A stretch of 64,000 nucleotides of DNA from an uncultured Acidimicrobiaceae bacterium (GCA_963831155.1 CAWHOY010000006.1:778987-842986), one strand, 5' to 3'. Positions 37,126-47,939 are shown, counted from the first letter of the stretch. Notes: generated by a model not told the origin, from the letters alone. Numbers and translations: made by a program.

Positions 37126-37398
37126 GTGGCTGACGCAGAGCGCAAACGCCGGCTGCCCGGCTTCAAGGAGATGGCCGTACGCCAACGTGAGCTCGGCACC
37201 GAGTTCGCGCTGCGACGCCAGGCGCTCGGCCTCTCCCAGACCGAAGTCGCGGCGCGGATGGGAACATCGCAGTCAGCCGTGGCGCGTCTCGAAGCCGGTG
37301 CGCTCGACGTGCGGCTTTCGACGCTCGCTCGCTATGCGCAGGCGCTCGGCGACGACGTCGACGTGCACCTCCTCGGCGGGGAAGCAAAGCGCCGATGA
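37126..37398 (+). CDS. XRE-family helix-turn-helix transcriptional regulator
   Basis: 90 aa. LRRQALGLSQTEVAARMGTSQSAVARLEAG is a classic HTH_3/31 signature. Confidence 0.8.
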   Translation: MADAERKRRLPGFKEMAVRQRELGTEFALRRQALGLSQTEVAARMGTSQSAVARLEAGALDVRLSTLARYAQALGDDVDVHLLGGEAKRR

Positions 37399-38003
37399 AC
37401 ACGCCGGAATTTCCGGACGCGATCCGCGGGCGGCTCTTTGAAGAACGCGTCATCTCGCTTTTCGGTCCGCTCACCGACGAGGCGGTGTCGGACGTCGCCG
37501 CCCAGCTCTGGACGCTCGATGCGGCCGGAGATGACCCGGTGACGCTGATGCTGTCGTGCCGGCAGGGATCCGTGCGCTCGACGTTCGCCCTGGTCGATGC
37601 GTTCGACGTCGTCGATGTCGAGGTGCACGCCACCTGCCTCGGAGCACTCGAGGGTCCACCCATCGGAATCCTCGCCGCCTGCTCTCGCCGGCGCGCTGCG
37701 CCGAACACGCGCTTTTTCCTGCGGGACGAGCCGACATCGATCGGCGGGTCGTATCGGACCTTGCAGCAATCCGCGGAGGTGCTCTTCGAGGAGCGGCGCC
37801 AGCTACTCGAGCGGCTCGCCGCCTCGACGAACGGCCGGCGATCGCTCGGCGACCTCGTCGCCGACTTCGACAAAGGTCGCACCCTCACCGCCGAGGAGGC
37901 GATCGCCTACGGGCTGATCGACGAGGTGACGCCCGATGTCGACCGGATCGTCGCCTTGCGACGGCAGAACCCGGGGATCGGTTTCAAAAAGCCGAGGCCC
38001 TAG
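37395..38003 (+). CDS. ClpP-fold protein lacking the Ser-His-Asp triad (ClpR-like pseudoprotease)
   Basis: 202 aa, alignable along its length to the adjacent ClpP (ERVISLFGPL.., ..EEAIAYGLIDEV). Triad positions read Gly87, Arg110 and Gly161. ATGA overlap with the XRE gene. Confidence 0.75.
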   Translation: MNTPEFPDAIRGRLFEERVISLFGPLTDEAVSDVAAQLWTLDAAGDDPVTLMLSCRQGSVRSTFALVDAFDVVDVEVHATCLGALEGPPIGILAACSRRRAAPNTRFFLRDEPTSIGGSYRTLQQSAEVLFEERRQLLERLAASTNGRRSLGDLVADFDKGRTLTAEEAIAYGLIDEVTPDVDRIVALRRQNPGIGFKKPRP

Positions 38004-38030
38004 AGCCGGGCCCGGTTCTGCGCGTGCTGG

Positions 38031-39515
38031 TTAGTTCGCGCTCGCCGGGCTCGGCACGACACGCGGTTCCGTTGCCACCTCGGGAACCTCCCGCCGCGAA
38101 TTGCGGATCGTCACCAACGCGAGCAGTCCACCGGCCGCGCAAGCGCCGGCGGCGATGAGCACGGCGTTGCGAAATCCGGAGTTGAACAGCAGCGGCTTCA
38201 AATAGGAACGCCCGCCGATCCCTGCTGCTGCGGGAAGCACGGCGACGGCGATCAGGCTCGCGGCGCGCGCGACGGCGTTGTTCACCGCCGAGGCGACGCC
38301 CATGTTCTGGTCGGGTGCCGAGCCGAGCACGGTCGCGGTCAGCGGAGCGACGGTCAGGCTGAGACCGAAACCGAAGACCAAGATCGCTGGGAGCACGACT
38401 CCCTGATACGTCGCGCCGGGGCTGATGCGCGCAAAGAGCGCCAGCCCACCCCCGGCGATGATCGGTCCGAAGCCCATGAAAAAGCGCGGTCCGAAGCGCG
38501 ACGAGAGGGCGCCGAATCGCGCGGAAAAGAAAAAGAGCACCATCGACGCCGGTAACAGCCCGCCGCCTGCTTCGAGCGGTGTGAAGTGCAGAACCTGTTC
38601 GAGTTCGACCGGTGCGAGGAAGAACGCGCCACCGAACGCGGCGTAGATGAAAAATGTCGCAAGGTTGGCGGCGCTGAACTGTCGCGACGAGAAGATGCGA
38701 AGAGGAACGAGCGGATTCGCCGAGCGCCGCTCGATGAAGATGAAGGAAACCAAGACCGCAGCGCCGCCGATGATCGCGACGAGCTCGCTCGGTGACGTCC
38801 AGCCGACCGACGGTCCCTCGATCAACCCATAGGTGAGGCCGACGAGGCCGAAAGTCGCCGCCGCCGCTCCGGTGAGGTCGACGCGCCCTGTCTCGAGCGG
38901 GTTGCGGGTCTCAGGGACGTGGCGCTGTGAGAGCGCGACGACGGCGATGGCGATCGGGGCGTTGATGTAGAAGATCAGTCTCCACGAGACGGCGTCGATC
39001 AGGTAACCGCCGAGGAACGGCCCGATCGCCGCCGCGATGACGCCGAGCCCGGACCAGGCGCCGATGGCGCGCGAGCGGTCCTCTTTCGCGAAGACGGCTT
39101 CGATGATCGCCAGACTGCCCGGCGTCAACAGCGCACCGCCGACACCTTGCGCGGCGCGCGCCCCGATCAACACGCCGGTATCGGGAGCAACCCCACAGAC
39201 CATCGAGGCGACTGCGAACGCGATGACGCCGATGACAAAGATCCGGCGGCGCCCGTAGCGGTCGCCGAGTGCGCCCCCGAGGAGGATCAATCCGGAAAGG
39301 GTGAGCATGTAGGCGTTGACGAGCCACTGGAGATCCGCGACCGAGGCGTGGAAATCCTTGCCGATCGCGGGCAGTGCGATGTTCACGACGGTGCTGTCGA
39401 TGAAGGCCATCCCGGATCCGAGGACGGTCGCGGCGAGGACGAAGCGCCCCTTCGCCGTCGAATAGCGGATTGGTTCGAACCCGGCCGTGGCGGCTCCGGT
39501 CTGCTGAATCGCCAT
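38031..39515 (-). CDS. MFS transporter, DHA2/EmrB-like (14-TMS type)
   Basis: 494 aa. GSGMAFIDSTVVNIALP and LGDRYGRRR motifs with many hydrophobic segments. Confidence 0.85.
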   Translation of the reverse strand: MAIQQTGAATAGFEPIRYSTAKGRFVLAATVLGSGMAFIDSTVVNIALPAIGKDFHASVADLQWLVNAYMLTLSGLILLGGALGDRYGRRRIFVIGVIAFAVASMVCGVAPDTGVLIGARAAQGVGGALLTPGSLAIIEAVFAKEDRSRAIGAWSGLGVIAAAIGPFLGGYLIDAVSWRLIFYINAPIAIAVVALSQRHVPETRNPLETGRVDLTGAAAATFGLVGLTYGLIEGPSVGWTSPSELVAIIGGAAVLVSFIFIERRSANPLVPLRIFSSRQFSAANLATFFIYAAFGGAFFLAPVELEQVLHFTPLEAGGGLLPASMVLFFFSARFGALSSRFGPRFFMGFGPIIAGGGLALFARISPGATYQGVVLPAILVFGFGLSLTVAPLTATVLGSAPDQNMGVASAVNNAVARAASLIAVAVLPAAAGIGGRSYLKPLLFNSGFRNAVLIAAGACAAGGLLALVTIRNSRREVPEVATEPRVVPSPASAN

Positions 39516-39668
39516 CGCGCGGCCCCTTCTGAATGCTCTGAATGCGGAGAATATGGGCGTCGTCTTGATTGCGCGTCGGGTGGTTCACACAAAGACCTCG
39601 AGACGTGGCATTGTGGGAGCTACGTGAAGCGGGTCCCGTGAGGCCCGCACGGACGGAGAGGGAGCACG

Positions 39669-40238
39669 GTGGCGGAGCGTGAGCGGCGGCTGGCGCGCCC
39701 GACGGGGCGCGTCTTTGTTCCCCGCGCTTTCGTGATGGACCCCGAGGACGTCCGCCGCGCCCTGACGCGCATTGCCCACGAGATCCTCGAGCGCAACCAC
39801 GGCACCGACGACCTCGTCGTCGTCGGTCTGCAGACGGGCGGCGTCCCCCTTGCCAAGCGCATCGTCGCCGAGATCGCCCGTATCGATGGTTCCAAGGTCC
39901 CCCTTGGCACGATCGACGTCGCCTTTTACCGCGACGACTTCGGGCTCCGGCCCGTGCTACTCGAGGAGGCGACGGAGATCCCGGTCGACCTCACCGGGCG
40001 CGTCGTCGTCCTGGTCGACGACGTCTTGTTCACCGGCCGCACGGTGAGGGCCGCGCTCGACGCCCTCGCCGACCACGGTCGTTCGCGGACGATCCAGCTC
40101 GCGGTGATGGTCGACCGCGGACACCGTGAGCTGCCGATCCGGCCGGATTACGTCGGCAAGAACCTGCCGACAAGCCGCAAGGAGATGGTCGACGTGAGCG
40201 AAGAGGGCGTCGCGCTCGGCGACTTGGTTGAAGGGTGA
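39669..40238 (+). CDS. pyrR: Bifunctional pyrimidine operon regulator / uracil phosphoribosyltransferase PyrR
   Basis: PRPP-binding [26 protein letters not shown]. First gene of the pyr operon. GTG 39669 start is uncertain (MDPEDV at 39735 is possible). Confidence 0.9.
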   Translation: MAERERRLARPTGRVFVPRAFVMDPEDVRRALTRIAHEILERNHGTDDLVVVGLQTGGVPLAKRIVAEIARIDGSKVPLGTIDVAFYRDDFGLRPVLLEEATEIPVDLTGRVVVLVDDVLFTGRTVRAALDALADHGRSRTIQLAVMVDRGHRELPIRPDYVGKNLPTSRKEMVDVSEEGVALGDLVEG

Positions 40239-41263
40239 TTGCCGTGAACCGTCGCCATTTGCTCGGCATCGAGGACCTCGATCGCGCGGAATTCGTCGAG
40301 CTCTTGCAGCTTTCGACCCGATTTTCCGAGGTCGCCGCCCGCCCGATACCCCGCGTCCCCGCGCTTCGGGGCAAGACGGTGGCGACGATGTTCTTCGAGA
40401 ACTCGACCCGCACCCGGCTCTCTTTCGAAGCGGCGGCGAAGCGCCTCTCCGCCGAGACGATGTCGTTTTCTGTCAGCACGTCCTCGGTCGCGAAGGGGGA
40501 GTCACTGCGCGACACCGTCGAGACGATCGAAGCGATGGGCGTCGACGCGATGGTGGTGCGCCACCACTCGGCCGGCGCGCCGCACCGCATCACGTCTTGG
40601 GTCGACGCGTCTGTGATCAATGCCGGCGACGGCCAGCACGAACATCCGACTCAGGCGCTCGCCGACTGTTACACGCTGCTCGACGCGCTCGGCGACGGTC
40701 GTCTCGCGCGAGGAGATCTTAACGATCTGTCGATCGCGATCGTCGGTGATATCCGCCACAGCCGCGTCGCGCGATCGGACGCGATCGCATTTCGGCTCCT
40801 CGGCGCACGCGTCACGTTCGTCGCGCCGACGACGCTGCTGCCGCCGTCGCTCGAGGGTTTCGATGTCGATGTCGAGCACGAGCTCGATCCGATCATCGGT
40901 GACCTGGACGTCATCTACGCGCTGCGGCTGCAGACCGAGCGGATGGCTGAGTCGTACATCCCCTCGATGCGCGAGTACGCGACGCGCTATGGGCTCAATG
41001 CCGATCGGGCACGTCGCATGCGCAAAGGGTCGTTCATCATGCACCCCGGACCGATGAATCGCGGCGTCGAGATCGAAGCCGAGGTGGCATCGGCCGAGAA
41101 TGCGCTCGTCACGCGCCAGGTGACGAGCGGAGTGGCCGTCCGCATGGCGGTGCTGTTCGCACTGTTGGCAACCCCAGGCGCAGTCGACGCCGCGGCACCG
41201 AACTTCGGCGAGCAGGGCGCCGAGATCGAGGAGATCGAGCACTCCGGACGGCGGAGTGCCTGA
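40235..41263 (+). CDS. pyrB: Aspartate carbamoyltransferase catalytic subunit
   Basis: [15 protein letters not shown] and HPGP motifs. GTGA overlap with pyrR. Confidence 0.95.
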   Translation: MIAVNRRHLLGIEDLDRAEFVELLQLSTRFSEVAARPIPRVPALRGKTVATMFFENSTRTRLSFEAAAKRLSAETMSFSVSTSSVAKGESLRDTVETIEAMGVDAMVVRHHSAGAPHRITSWVDASVINAGDGQHEHPTQALADCYTLLDALGDGRLARGDLNDLSIAIVGDIRHSRVARSDAIAFRLLGARVTFVAPTTLLPPSLEGFDVDVEHELDPIIGDLDVIYALRLQTERMAESYIPSMREYATRYGLNADRARRMRKGSFIMHPGPMNRGVEIEAEVASAENALVTRQVTSGVAVRMAVLFALLATPGAVDAAAPNFGEQGAEIEEIEHSGRRSA

Positions 41264-42593
41264 ATCCCAGGACGCGAACTCGAGACGGCGTGTCGTCATC
41301 CGGGGAGGGACGCTCGTCGACGAGACCGGCGAGCGCCGCGGCGACGTCGCCGTCGAAGGCGGCCGCATCGTCGAGGTGGCGCCGTCGATCGAGCCGCCGA
41401 AGGGCGCGACGGTGCTGGACGCCGAGGGTTGCCTCGTCTCGCCGGGACTCGTCGACCTTCACGCGCACCTTCGCGAGCCGGGTGGCGAGACCGCAGAGAC
41501 GATCGAATCCGGCACGCGAGCCGCGGCCCTCGGCGGATACACGGCGGTCGTCGCGATGGCGAACACCGATCCGCCGATCGACTCGGCCGCCGTCGCCCGC
41601 GACGTCCTGTCGCTCGCCGCGGATGCGACCTGCGAGGTCGCCGTCGCCGGTGCGATCACCGTCGGCCGCAAGGGCGAGCAGCTCGCTCCGCTCGCCGAAA
41701 TGGCGGCGCTCGGAGTGCGGATGTTCTCCGACGACGGGCGCGGAGTGCAGGACGCGGGCGTCATGCGGCGCGCCCTCGAGTACGCCTCCGACCTCGGTGT
41801 GGTCGTCGCGCAGCACTGCGAGGACGAGTCGCTCTCCAAAGGTGGCCACATGCACGAGGGAGCGATCTCTTCGCGCCTCGGTATCCCCGCCCAGTCGGCC
41901 AGCGCAGAAGAACAAATGGTGTTGCGCGACATCGAACTCGCGCAGCTGACCGGCGCGAGAATCCACTTCTGCCACCTGTCGACGCGGCGATCCGTCGATC
42001 TCGTCGCGGCGGCGAAACAGATTCGGGTCGCGGTGACGTGTGAGGTCACTCCGCACCACCTGTCGCTCACCGACGCCGCTGTCGAGTCGTTCGACCCGAA
42101 GTTCAAGGTCAATCCACCGCTGCGCACCGGCGACGACGTCGAGGAACTGCGCGCCGCCTGCGCGGATGGGCGCGTCGACGCGATCGCGACCGACCACGCG
42201 CCGCATTCCGACGCGTCGAAGGAAGCGACCTTCGACGAGGCACCGTTCGGAGTGATCGGACTCGAAACGGCGTATTCGGTTGCTTACTCGGTGCTCGTCG
42301 CGGATCGCGCCAAGGACCCGACACCGATCGAGCGCTTGGTCGGGTTGGTCTCTTCGCGCCCGGCGCGCATCGCCGGATTGCACGCCTCTTCGGGACAGGG
42401 CGGGCCGATTGCGCACGGTGCGGTTGCACACTTGTGCGTCTTCGATCCGACCGAGCGCTGGGTGGTCGACCCGCAGGGATTCGCGAGCCGCTCGCACAAT
42501 TCGCCATTCGCCGGCAACACGCTCACCGGACGCGTCCGCCACACCATTTATCGCGGCGAACCGGTCGTTGTCGACGGACAGGCGACCCGATGA
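41256..42593 (+). CDS. pyrC: Dihydroorotase
   Basis: 445 aa. DLHAHLREPG metal-binding motif and ...ATDHAPH. pyr operon position. Confidence 0.9.
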   Translation: MPESQDANSRRRVVIRGGTLVDETGERRGDVAVEGGRIVEVAPSIEPPKGATVLDAEGCLVSPGLVDLHAHLREPGGETAETIESGTRAAALGGYTAVVAMANTDPPIDSAAVARDVLSLAADATCEVAVAGAITVGRKGEQLAPLAEMAALGVRMFSDDGRGVQDAGVMRRALEYASDLGVVVAQHCEDESLSKGGHMHEGAISSRLGIPAQSASAEEQMVLRDIELAQLTGARIHFCHLSTRRSVDLVAAAKQIRVAVTCEVTPHHLSLTDAAVESFDPKFKVNPPLRTGDDVEELRAACADGRVDAIATDHAPHSDASKEATFDEAPFGVIGLETAYSVAYSVLVADRAKDPTPIERLVGLVSSRPARIAGLHASSGQGGPIAHGAVAHLCVFDPTERWVVDPQGFASRSHNSPFAGNTLTGRVRHTIYRGEPVVVDGQATR

Positions 42594-43699
42594 GCCCTCG
42601 CACCAAACGGAGTCCCGCCCACCTCGTCCTGGCGGACGCCGCGGTCTTCGAAGGCGAGGCGATCGGTGCTCGGGCGACCGACGCCGCGTCGGTGTTTTCC
42701 GGTGAAGTCGTGTTCAACACCGCGCTCTCCGGCTACCAGGAGATCCTGACCGACCCTTCGTACGCCGGTCAGGTGATCGCGTTCACCTACCCGCACATCG
42801 GCAACTACGGGGTGACGCGGCGAGACAACGAGGCAGCGCGCCCGCACTGTCGCGGTGTCGTCGTGCGCGACCTCGCGTCGCGGCCGTCGAGCTGGCGGTC
42901 AGAACGCGACCTCGACCAGTTCCTTTCCGCCCACGGCATCGGGGGCATCTCCGGGGTCGACACGCGGCGTCTCACCCGGCACATCCGTGAAGCGGGCGCC
43001 ATGCCGTGCGCGTTCGGCTCCGCCCCCTTGGAGGACCTCCACGCGGCGGCGCGATCAGAGCCCGGGACGCTCGGCCAGGATCTCGTCAAGCAGGTGACGA
43101 CGGACGAGGCGTACACGATCGAAGGCGGGCCGTACCGCGTCGTCGCCTACGACTACGGGATCAAGCGCTCGATGCTCGACCAACTGAGACAGTTCGCCGC
43201 CGTCGATGTCGTCCCGGCGACGACCCCGGCGACAGACGTGCTCGCCCGGCGTCCGGACGGGGTATTCCTCTCGAACGGCCCCGGTGATCCCGCCGCGCTC
43301 GGCCACCTCACCGCTGAGGTGCGCACGCTGATCGGCGAGGTACCGCTGTTCGGTGTCTGCCTCGGCCACCAGCTCTATGCGAGCGCCCTCGGTGGACGGA
43401 CCTGCAAGCTCGCCTTCGGTCACCACGGCGCCAACCACCCGGTGCGGCGCGTCGCGACCGGAACCGTCGAGATCGCCTGTGAGAACCACGGCTACGCCGT
43501 CGAAGAAGGGAGCGTGAAGGACGCCGCTGTGACGCACGTCAACTTGAACGACGACGTCGTCGAGGGGATCGCCACCCCGTCCACGCGCGCCTTCAGCGTC
43601 CAATACCACCCGGAAGCCGGACCCGGTCCGCACGACGCCCGCTATCTGTTCGCCGAGTTCGCTCGGCTGATGGATACGGCGAATGCATCCGCCACCTGA
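42590..43699 (+). CDS. carA: Carbamoyl-phosphate synthase small (glutaminase) subunit
   Basis: ATG 42590 (ATGA overlap with pyrC). GVCLGHQ active-site Cys and HGANHPV. Confidence 0.95.
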   Translation: MSPRTKRSPAHLVLADAAVFEGEAIGARATDAASVFSGEVVFNTALSGYQEILTDPSYAGQVIAFTYPHIGNYGVTRRDNEAARPHCRGVVVRDLASRPSSWRSERDLDQFLSAHGIGGISGVDTRRLTRHIREAGAMPCAFGSAPLEDLHAAARSEPGTLGQDLVKQVTTDEAYTIEGGPYRVVAYDYGIKRSMLDQLRQFAAVDVVPATTPATDVLARRPDGVFLSNGPGDPAALGHLTAEVRTLIGEVPLFGVCLGHQLYASALGGRTCKLAFGHHGANHPVRRVATGTVEIACENHGYAVEEGSVKDAAVTHVNLNDDVVEGIATPSTRAFSVQYHPEAGPGPHDARYLFAEFARLMDTANASAT

Positions 43700-46600
43700 T
43701 GGGGAGACGGACCGATCTCGAGTCGGTGCTCGTCATCGGTTCGGGGCCGATCGTGATCGGACAGGCGTGCGAGTTCGACTACTCGGGCACCCAGGCGTGC
43801 CGCGCGCTGAGCGACGAGGGACTGCGGGTCATCCTCGTCAACTCCAACCCAGCGACGATCATGACCGACCCTGACGTCGCCGATCGGACCTACGTCGAAC
43901 CGTTGGTGCCTGACGTGATCGCGGCGATCCTCGAGCGCGAGCGCCCGCAAGCGCTCTTGCCGACGATGGGCGGCCAGACGGCGCTCAACCTGGCGATGGC
44001 GCTCTCGCGCTCTGGGGTCCTCGCCGCTCTCGGCGTCGACCTGATAGGCGCGAACGCGGAGGCGATCGCGACCGCCGAGGACCGAGAGCTGTTCAAAGAG
44101 GCGATGACCGAAATCGGCCTCGAGGTGACGGCCTCGGGATTCGCGCACAGCGTCGAGGACGCGCTGCGCGTCGCCGATGAGATCGGCTACCCGGCGATGG
44201 TGCGCCCGTCGTTCATCCTGGGCGGTGGAGGCACGGGGATCGCGAGGTCCCGCGAGGACCTCGCCGAGCTCGCGCGGCTCGGCATCGGGGCGAGCCCGAT
44301 CGGCGAGATCCTCGTCGAGCGATCGATCGCCGGCTGGAAGGAGTACGAGCTCGAGGTGATGCGCGATCGCCTCGACAACTGTGTCGTCATCTGCTCGATC
44401 GAGAACGTCGACCCGATGGGGGTGCACACCGGCGACTCGATCACCGTCGCTCCCGCGCAGACGCTTTCGGACGTCGAGTACCAGAAGATGCGCGACGACG
44501 CGTTCGCCTGCATCCGGCGCGTCGGTGTCGAAACGGGCGGATCGAACATCCAATTCGCTGTCGATCCGCAAACCGGTCACCAGCTCGTCATCGAGATGAA
44601 CCCGCGCGTCTCGCGATCTTCCGCGCTCGCGTCGAAAGCGACCGGCTTCCCGATCGCGAAGATCGCGGCGCGGCTCGCGATCGGCTACACACTCGATGAG
44701 ATCGACAACGAGATCACCCGCGCCACGCCGGCGAGCTTCGAGCCGACGATCGACTATGTCGTGACCAAAGTGCCGCGTTGGGCCTTCGAGAAGCTGCCCG
44801 GTGTTCCAGACCGGCTCGGCACGCGCATGCAGTCGGTCGGCGAGGTGATGGCGATCGGCCGGACGTTCCCCGAGTCGTTCCAAAAGGCGCTGCGCGGACT
44901 CGAGCAGGGTCGCTTCGGCCTGAATTGTGACCCGGGCGAGGTGGCACTCGACGCGCTGCGCAGCGAGGAGTTGCTCGAGCGCGCCGCCCAACCGAGCCCG
45001 CTGCGTCCCTTCGAAGTGGAAGCGGCGCTGCGCCGCGGTGTGACCGTCGACGAAGCGGCGCGCGCTACAGGTATCGACCCGTGGTTCTTGGACCAGATCG
45101 TCGCGATCTCCGAGGCGCGGGCGGTGCTGGACGAGGCGTTCGACGCCGAGCAGCCGCTCGCCGCGCTCGACCGCGCCGACTGGCGCTACCTGAAGCGGCT
45201 CGGTTTCTCCGACGCGCAGGTAGCTTGGCGCCTCGGCGTATCCGAGGACGCCGCGCGCGCCGCGCGTCTCGTCGCCGGGGTCGTGGTGACCTTCAAGACC
45301 GTCGACACCTGCAGCGCCGAGTTCGAAGCCGAGACCCCCTACTACTACTCGACCTTCGAGGATGAAGACGAGGTCCGCCCGGCAGAAAAGCCCCGCATCG
45401 TGATCCTCGGTTCGGGCCCGAATCGCATCGGCCAGGGAATCGAGTTCGACTACTGCTGCGTGCACGCCAGCCTTGCGTTGCGCGACGCCGGATACGAAAC
45501 CGTGATGGTGAACTGCAACCCCGAGACTGTCTCGACGGATCACGACACCTCCGATCGTCTCTACTTCGAACCGATCACCGAAGAGGACGTGCGCGCGGTG
45601 ATCGACGCGGAGAACACCGCCGGTACGGGCGGCGTCGTCGGCGTGATCGTCAGCCTCGGCGGACAGACGCCCTTGAAGCTCGCCGACGTGTTGCCGGCGG
45701 GCCTCGTCTTGGGGACGCCGCCTCCGTCGATCGACCTCGCCGAGGATCGGGCACGCTTCGGCGCGTTGTTGCGCTCGCTCGAGATCGCGCAGCCTGATGG
45801 AGGCACGGCTCGCACGACCGATGAGGCGTACGACGTCGCGCGGCGGGTCGGCTACCCGGTTCTCGTCCGGCCGAGCTACGTGCTTGGCGGACGGGCGATG
45901 GAGATCGTCTACGACGACGCCGCCTTGAAGGACGCGATGGCGGCGCTCATGCACAGCGGATCTCTCGGGAAAGAGGGTGGGCTTTCCGCGGCCCGTCCGG
46001 TGCTCATCGACAGCTTCTTGGAGGACGCCACCGAGGTCGACGTCGATGCGGTGCGCGACCGCTCGGGTGAAGTGCTCATCTGCGGCGTTTTGGAGCATGT
46101 CGAAGAGGCGGGGGTGCACTCGGGAGACTCGGCCTGCGTGATCCCGCCGCCGTCGCTCGCCCCGAGCGTCGTCGCCCAGCTCGTCGAACAGACAACGAAG
46201 ATCGCCGACGCGTTGGGAGTCGTCGGTCCGATCAACATCCAGTTCGCCGTGAAACAGGACGACGTTTACGTGATCGAGGCGAATCCGCGCGCTTCGCGCA
46301 CCATGCCTTTTGTCGCGAAGGCGACGGGGCGACCCGTCGCGAAGATCGCCGCGCGGGTGATCGTCGGAGCGACGCTCGAAGATTTGCGCAAAGAAGGGCT
46401 CCTCGACGGGAACGATCCGACCGAGATGAAGCGAGTCTGTGTGAAAGAGGCCGTGCTGCCGTTCGACCGTTTCCCCGAGGTCGACGCGCTCTTGGGTCCC
46501 GAGATGCGCTCGACGGGGGAGGTGATGGGCACAGCGGCGACCTTCGGCCTCGCCTTTTCCAAGGCCCAGGCCGCGGCGGGCAACCGGCTGCCGGACTCAG

Positions 46601-47022
46601 GCGAGCTGTTCTTCTCGCTCGCTGACCGGGACAAACCAGCCGGCGTCGGTGCGGCGCGGGAATTCTCCCGCCTCGGCTTCCTGATCGCTGCGACCGAGGG
46701 GACCGCCGCCTACCTCCAATCGGCGGGAATCCCTATCCACCGCCTCGTCGCGAAGGTCGGATTCGAATCGGCGCGCGCCGACGAACTCGCCGATGCGGTC
46801 GAGCTCATTTCCTCGGGTGCGATCTCGTTCGTCGTGAACACCCCCCGCGGCCGCGGCGCTCGCGCCGATGGCGCTTATATCCGACGTGCCGCGTCGGCGA
46901 ACGGGGTGCCGATCGTGACGACGACGCGCGCCGCGCTCGCCGCGGCGCGCGGCATCGCGGAGTCGCGGGATTCCGGCGTGACTGTCGAGAGCCTGCAAGA
47001 GCTGCACGCCATCGCGCGATGA
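43699..47022 (+). CDS. carB: Carbamoyl-phosphate synthase large subunit
   Basis: 1107 aa. Duplicated ATP-grasp halves. N-terminus [21 protein letters not shown]. Confidence 0.97.
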   Translation: MGRRTDLESVLVIGSGPIVIGQACEFDYSGTQACRALSDEGLRVILVNSNPATIMTDPDVADRTYVEPLVPDVIAAILERERPQALLPTMGGQTALNLAMALSRSGVLAALGVDLIGANAEAIATAEDRELFKEAMTEIGLEVTASGFAHSVEDALRVADEIGYPAMVRPSFILGGGGTGIARSREDLAELARLGIGASPIGEILVERSIAGWKEYELEVMRDRLDNCVVICSIENVDPMGVHTGDSITVAPAQTLSDVEYQKMRDDAFACIRRVGVETGGSNIQFAVDPQTGHQLVIEMNPRVSRSSALASKATGFPIAKIAARLAIGYTLDEIDNEITRATPASFEPTIDYVVTKVPRWAFEKLPGVPDRLGTRMQSVGEVMAIGRTFPESFQKALRGLEQGRFGLNCDPGEVALDALRSEELLERAAQPSPLRPFEVEAALRRGVTVDEAARATGIDPWFLDQIVAISEARAVLDEAFDAEQPLAALDRADWRYLKRLGFSDAQVAWRLGVSEDAARAARLVAGVVVTFKTVDTCSAEFEAETPYYYSTFEDEDEVRPAEKPRIVILGSGPNRIGQGIEFDYCCVHASLALRDAGYETVMVNCNPETVSTDHDTSDRLYFEPITEEDVRAVIDAENTAGTGGVVGVIVSLGGQTPLKLADVLPAGLVLGTPPPSIDLAEDRARFGALLRSLEIAQPDGGTARTTDEAYDVARRVGYPVLVRPSYVLGGRAMEIVYDDAALKDAMAALMHSGSLGKEGGLSAARPVLIDSFLEDATEVDVDAVRDRSGEVLICGVLEHVEEAGVHSGDSACVIPPPSLAPSVVAQLVEQTTKIADALGVVGPINIQFAVKQDDVYVIEANPRASRTMPFVAKATGRPVAKIAARVIVGATLEDLRKEGLLDGNDPTEMKRVCVKEAVLPFDRFPEVDALLGPEMRSTGEVMGTAATFGLAFSKAQAAAGNRLPDSGELFFSLADRDKPAGVGAAREFSRLGFLIAATEGTAAYLQSAGIPIHRLVAKVGFESARADELADAVELISSGAISFVVNTPRGRGARADGAYIRRAASANGVPIVTTTRAALAAARGIAESRDSGVTVESLQELHAIAR

Positions 47023-47939
47023 ACACGTCACGCGCCTCGGTTCTCGAGACGCGTATCGGTTCGGTCGTCCTTGCGAACCCGGTGCTCGCCGCGAGCGGAA
47101 CCTCGGGCCACGGTGCCGAGCTCGGCGCGTACTTCGAACTGTCGCGGCTCGGCGCGATCGTCGTGAAATCGCTCGCCGCGTTCTCGTGGCCGGGGAACCC
47201 AGCGCCCCGGCTCCGGCCCGTCGAGGACGGGATGCTGAACAGCGTCGGCCTGCAGGGCCCGGGGGTCGCGAGCTGGCTGCGCGCTGACCTCCCGGAACTG
47301 CTGCACGCGAAGGCGCGCGTCGTTGCGAGCATCTGGGGCCGCACGGTAAGCGAGTTCGCACGAGCGGCGCGACAGCTGGCCGACGCACCCGACGCGGTCG
47401 TCGCGGTCGAGGTCAACGTCTCGTGCCCGAATCTCGACGATGGCGAGGCGATGTTCGCTGAATCCGCCTCGGCGACCGCCGCGGCGGTCGACGCAGCCCG
47501 TGCCGCGGGTCGTCCGTGCTGGGCGAAGCTGTCGCCCGCCGCCACGGACCTCGTTCTCGTTGCCAAAGCTGCGGTCGATGCGGGCGCCGAAGCGCTCGTC
47601 TTGGTGAACACGCTTCCCGCTCGAATCTGGAAGCCGGGCTTCGATGCCGCGCTCGGCTCCGGATCGGGCGGCCTGTCGGGTCCCGCGTTGCGGCCTGTTG
47701 CACTGTCCGCGGTGCGGGCGGTCGCCGAGAATATCCCCGACTTCCCGATCGTCGGCGTTGGCGGGATCCAGACCGGTGCCGACGCGCTCGGGTTCCTCGA
47801 CGCCGGCGCGGTGGCAATTGAAGTCGGGACCGCGACGCTTGTCGAGCCCCGGGCGCCGATGCGCGTGCTCGACGAACTCGAAGCCTTGTTGCACGCCGGT
47901 CACGACCGAGTCGATCCGAAAAGGACGACGCGTGGTTGA
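47019..47939 (+). CDS. pyrD: Dihydroorotate dehydrogenase (class 1 catalytic subunit type)
   Basis: 306 aa. NPVLAASGT...NSVGLQGPG...GGI motifs. ATGA overlap with carB. No adjacent pyrK seen. Confidence 0.88.
   Translation: MNTSRASVLETRIGSVVLANPVLAASGTSGHGAELGAYFELSRLGAIVVKSLAAFSWPGNPAPRLRPVEDGMLNSVGLQGPGVASWLRADLPELLHAKARVVASIWGRTVSEFARAARQLADAPDAVVAVEVNVSCPNLDDGEAMFAESASATAAAVDAARAAGRPCWAKLSPAATDLVLVAKAAVDAGAEALVLVNTLPARIWKPGFDAALGSGSGGLSGPALRPVALSAVRAVAENIPDFPIVGVGGIQTGADALGFLDAGAVAIEVGTATLVEPRAPMRVLDELEALLHAGHDRVDPKRTTRG

Noticed and set aside
37126-37398. XRE gene next to clpP as a ClgR or PopR ortholog (the known actinobacterial clp regulators).
   Set aside because: As far as I can recall the ClgR sequence, only generic HTH similarity is present. 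The protein lacks the C-terminal Ala-Ala degron described for ClgR/PopR (it ends ...GGEAKRR). The palindrome does not resemble the GC-rich ClgR operator. I kept it as a generic XRE regulator.
38004-38030. CCGGGCCCGG palindrome between the convergent ClpP-like and MFS genes as a bidirectional terminator.
   Set aside because: It offers only a 4-5 bp effective stem with a minimal loop and has no flanking T/A tracts. That is too weak to call.
43642-46119. 825-aa minus-strand ORF, and many other long ORFs of 200-700 aa in the track. Examples: 20837-23014 (+), 62400-63689 (-), 57284-58600 (+), 58631-59920 (+), 41109-42542 (-), 30991-32229 (-), 52768-54255 (-), 53847-55202 (-), 7058-8212 (-), 11724-12821 (-), 1692-2726 (-).
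   Set aside because: All lie antisense to, or out of frame with, genes that have unmistakable homology (carB, DUF885, pnp/M16, ligC/PHP, Prim-Pol, pyrC, aroB, priA, sigma/ogt and others). Their translations are Arg/Pro/Gly/Asp-rich and low-complexity, as expected for stop-poor alternative frames in very GC-rich DNA.
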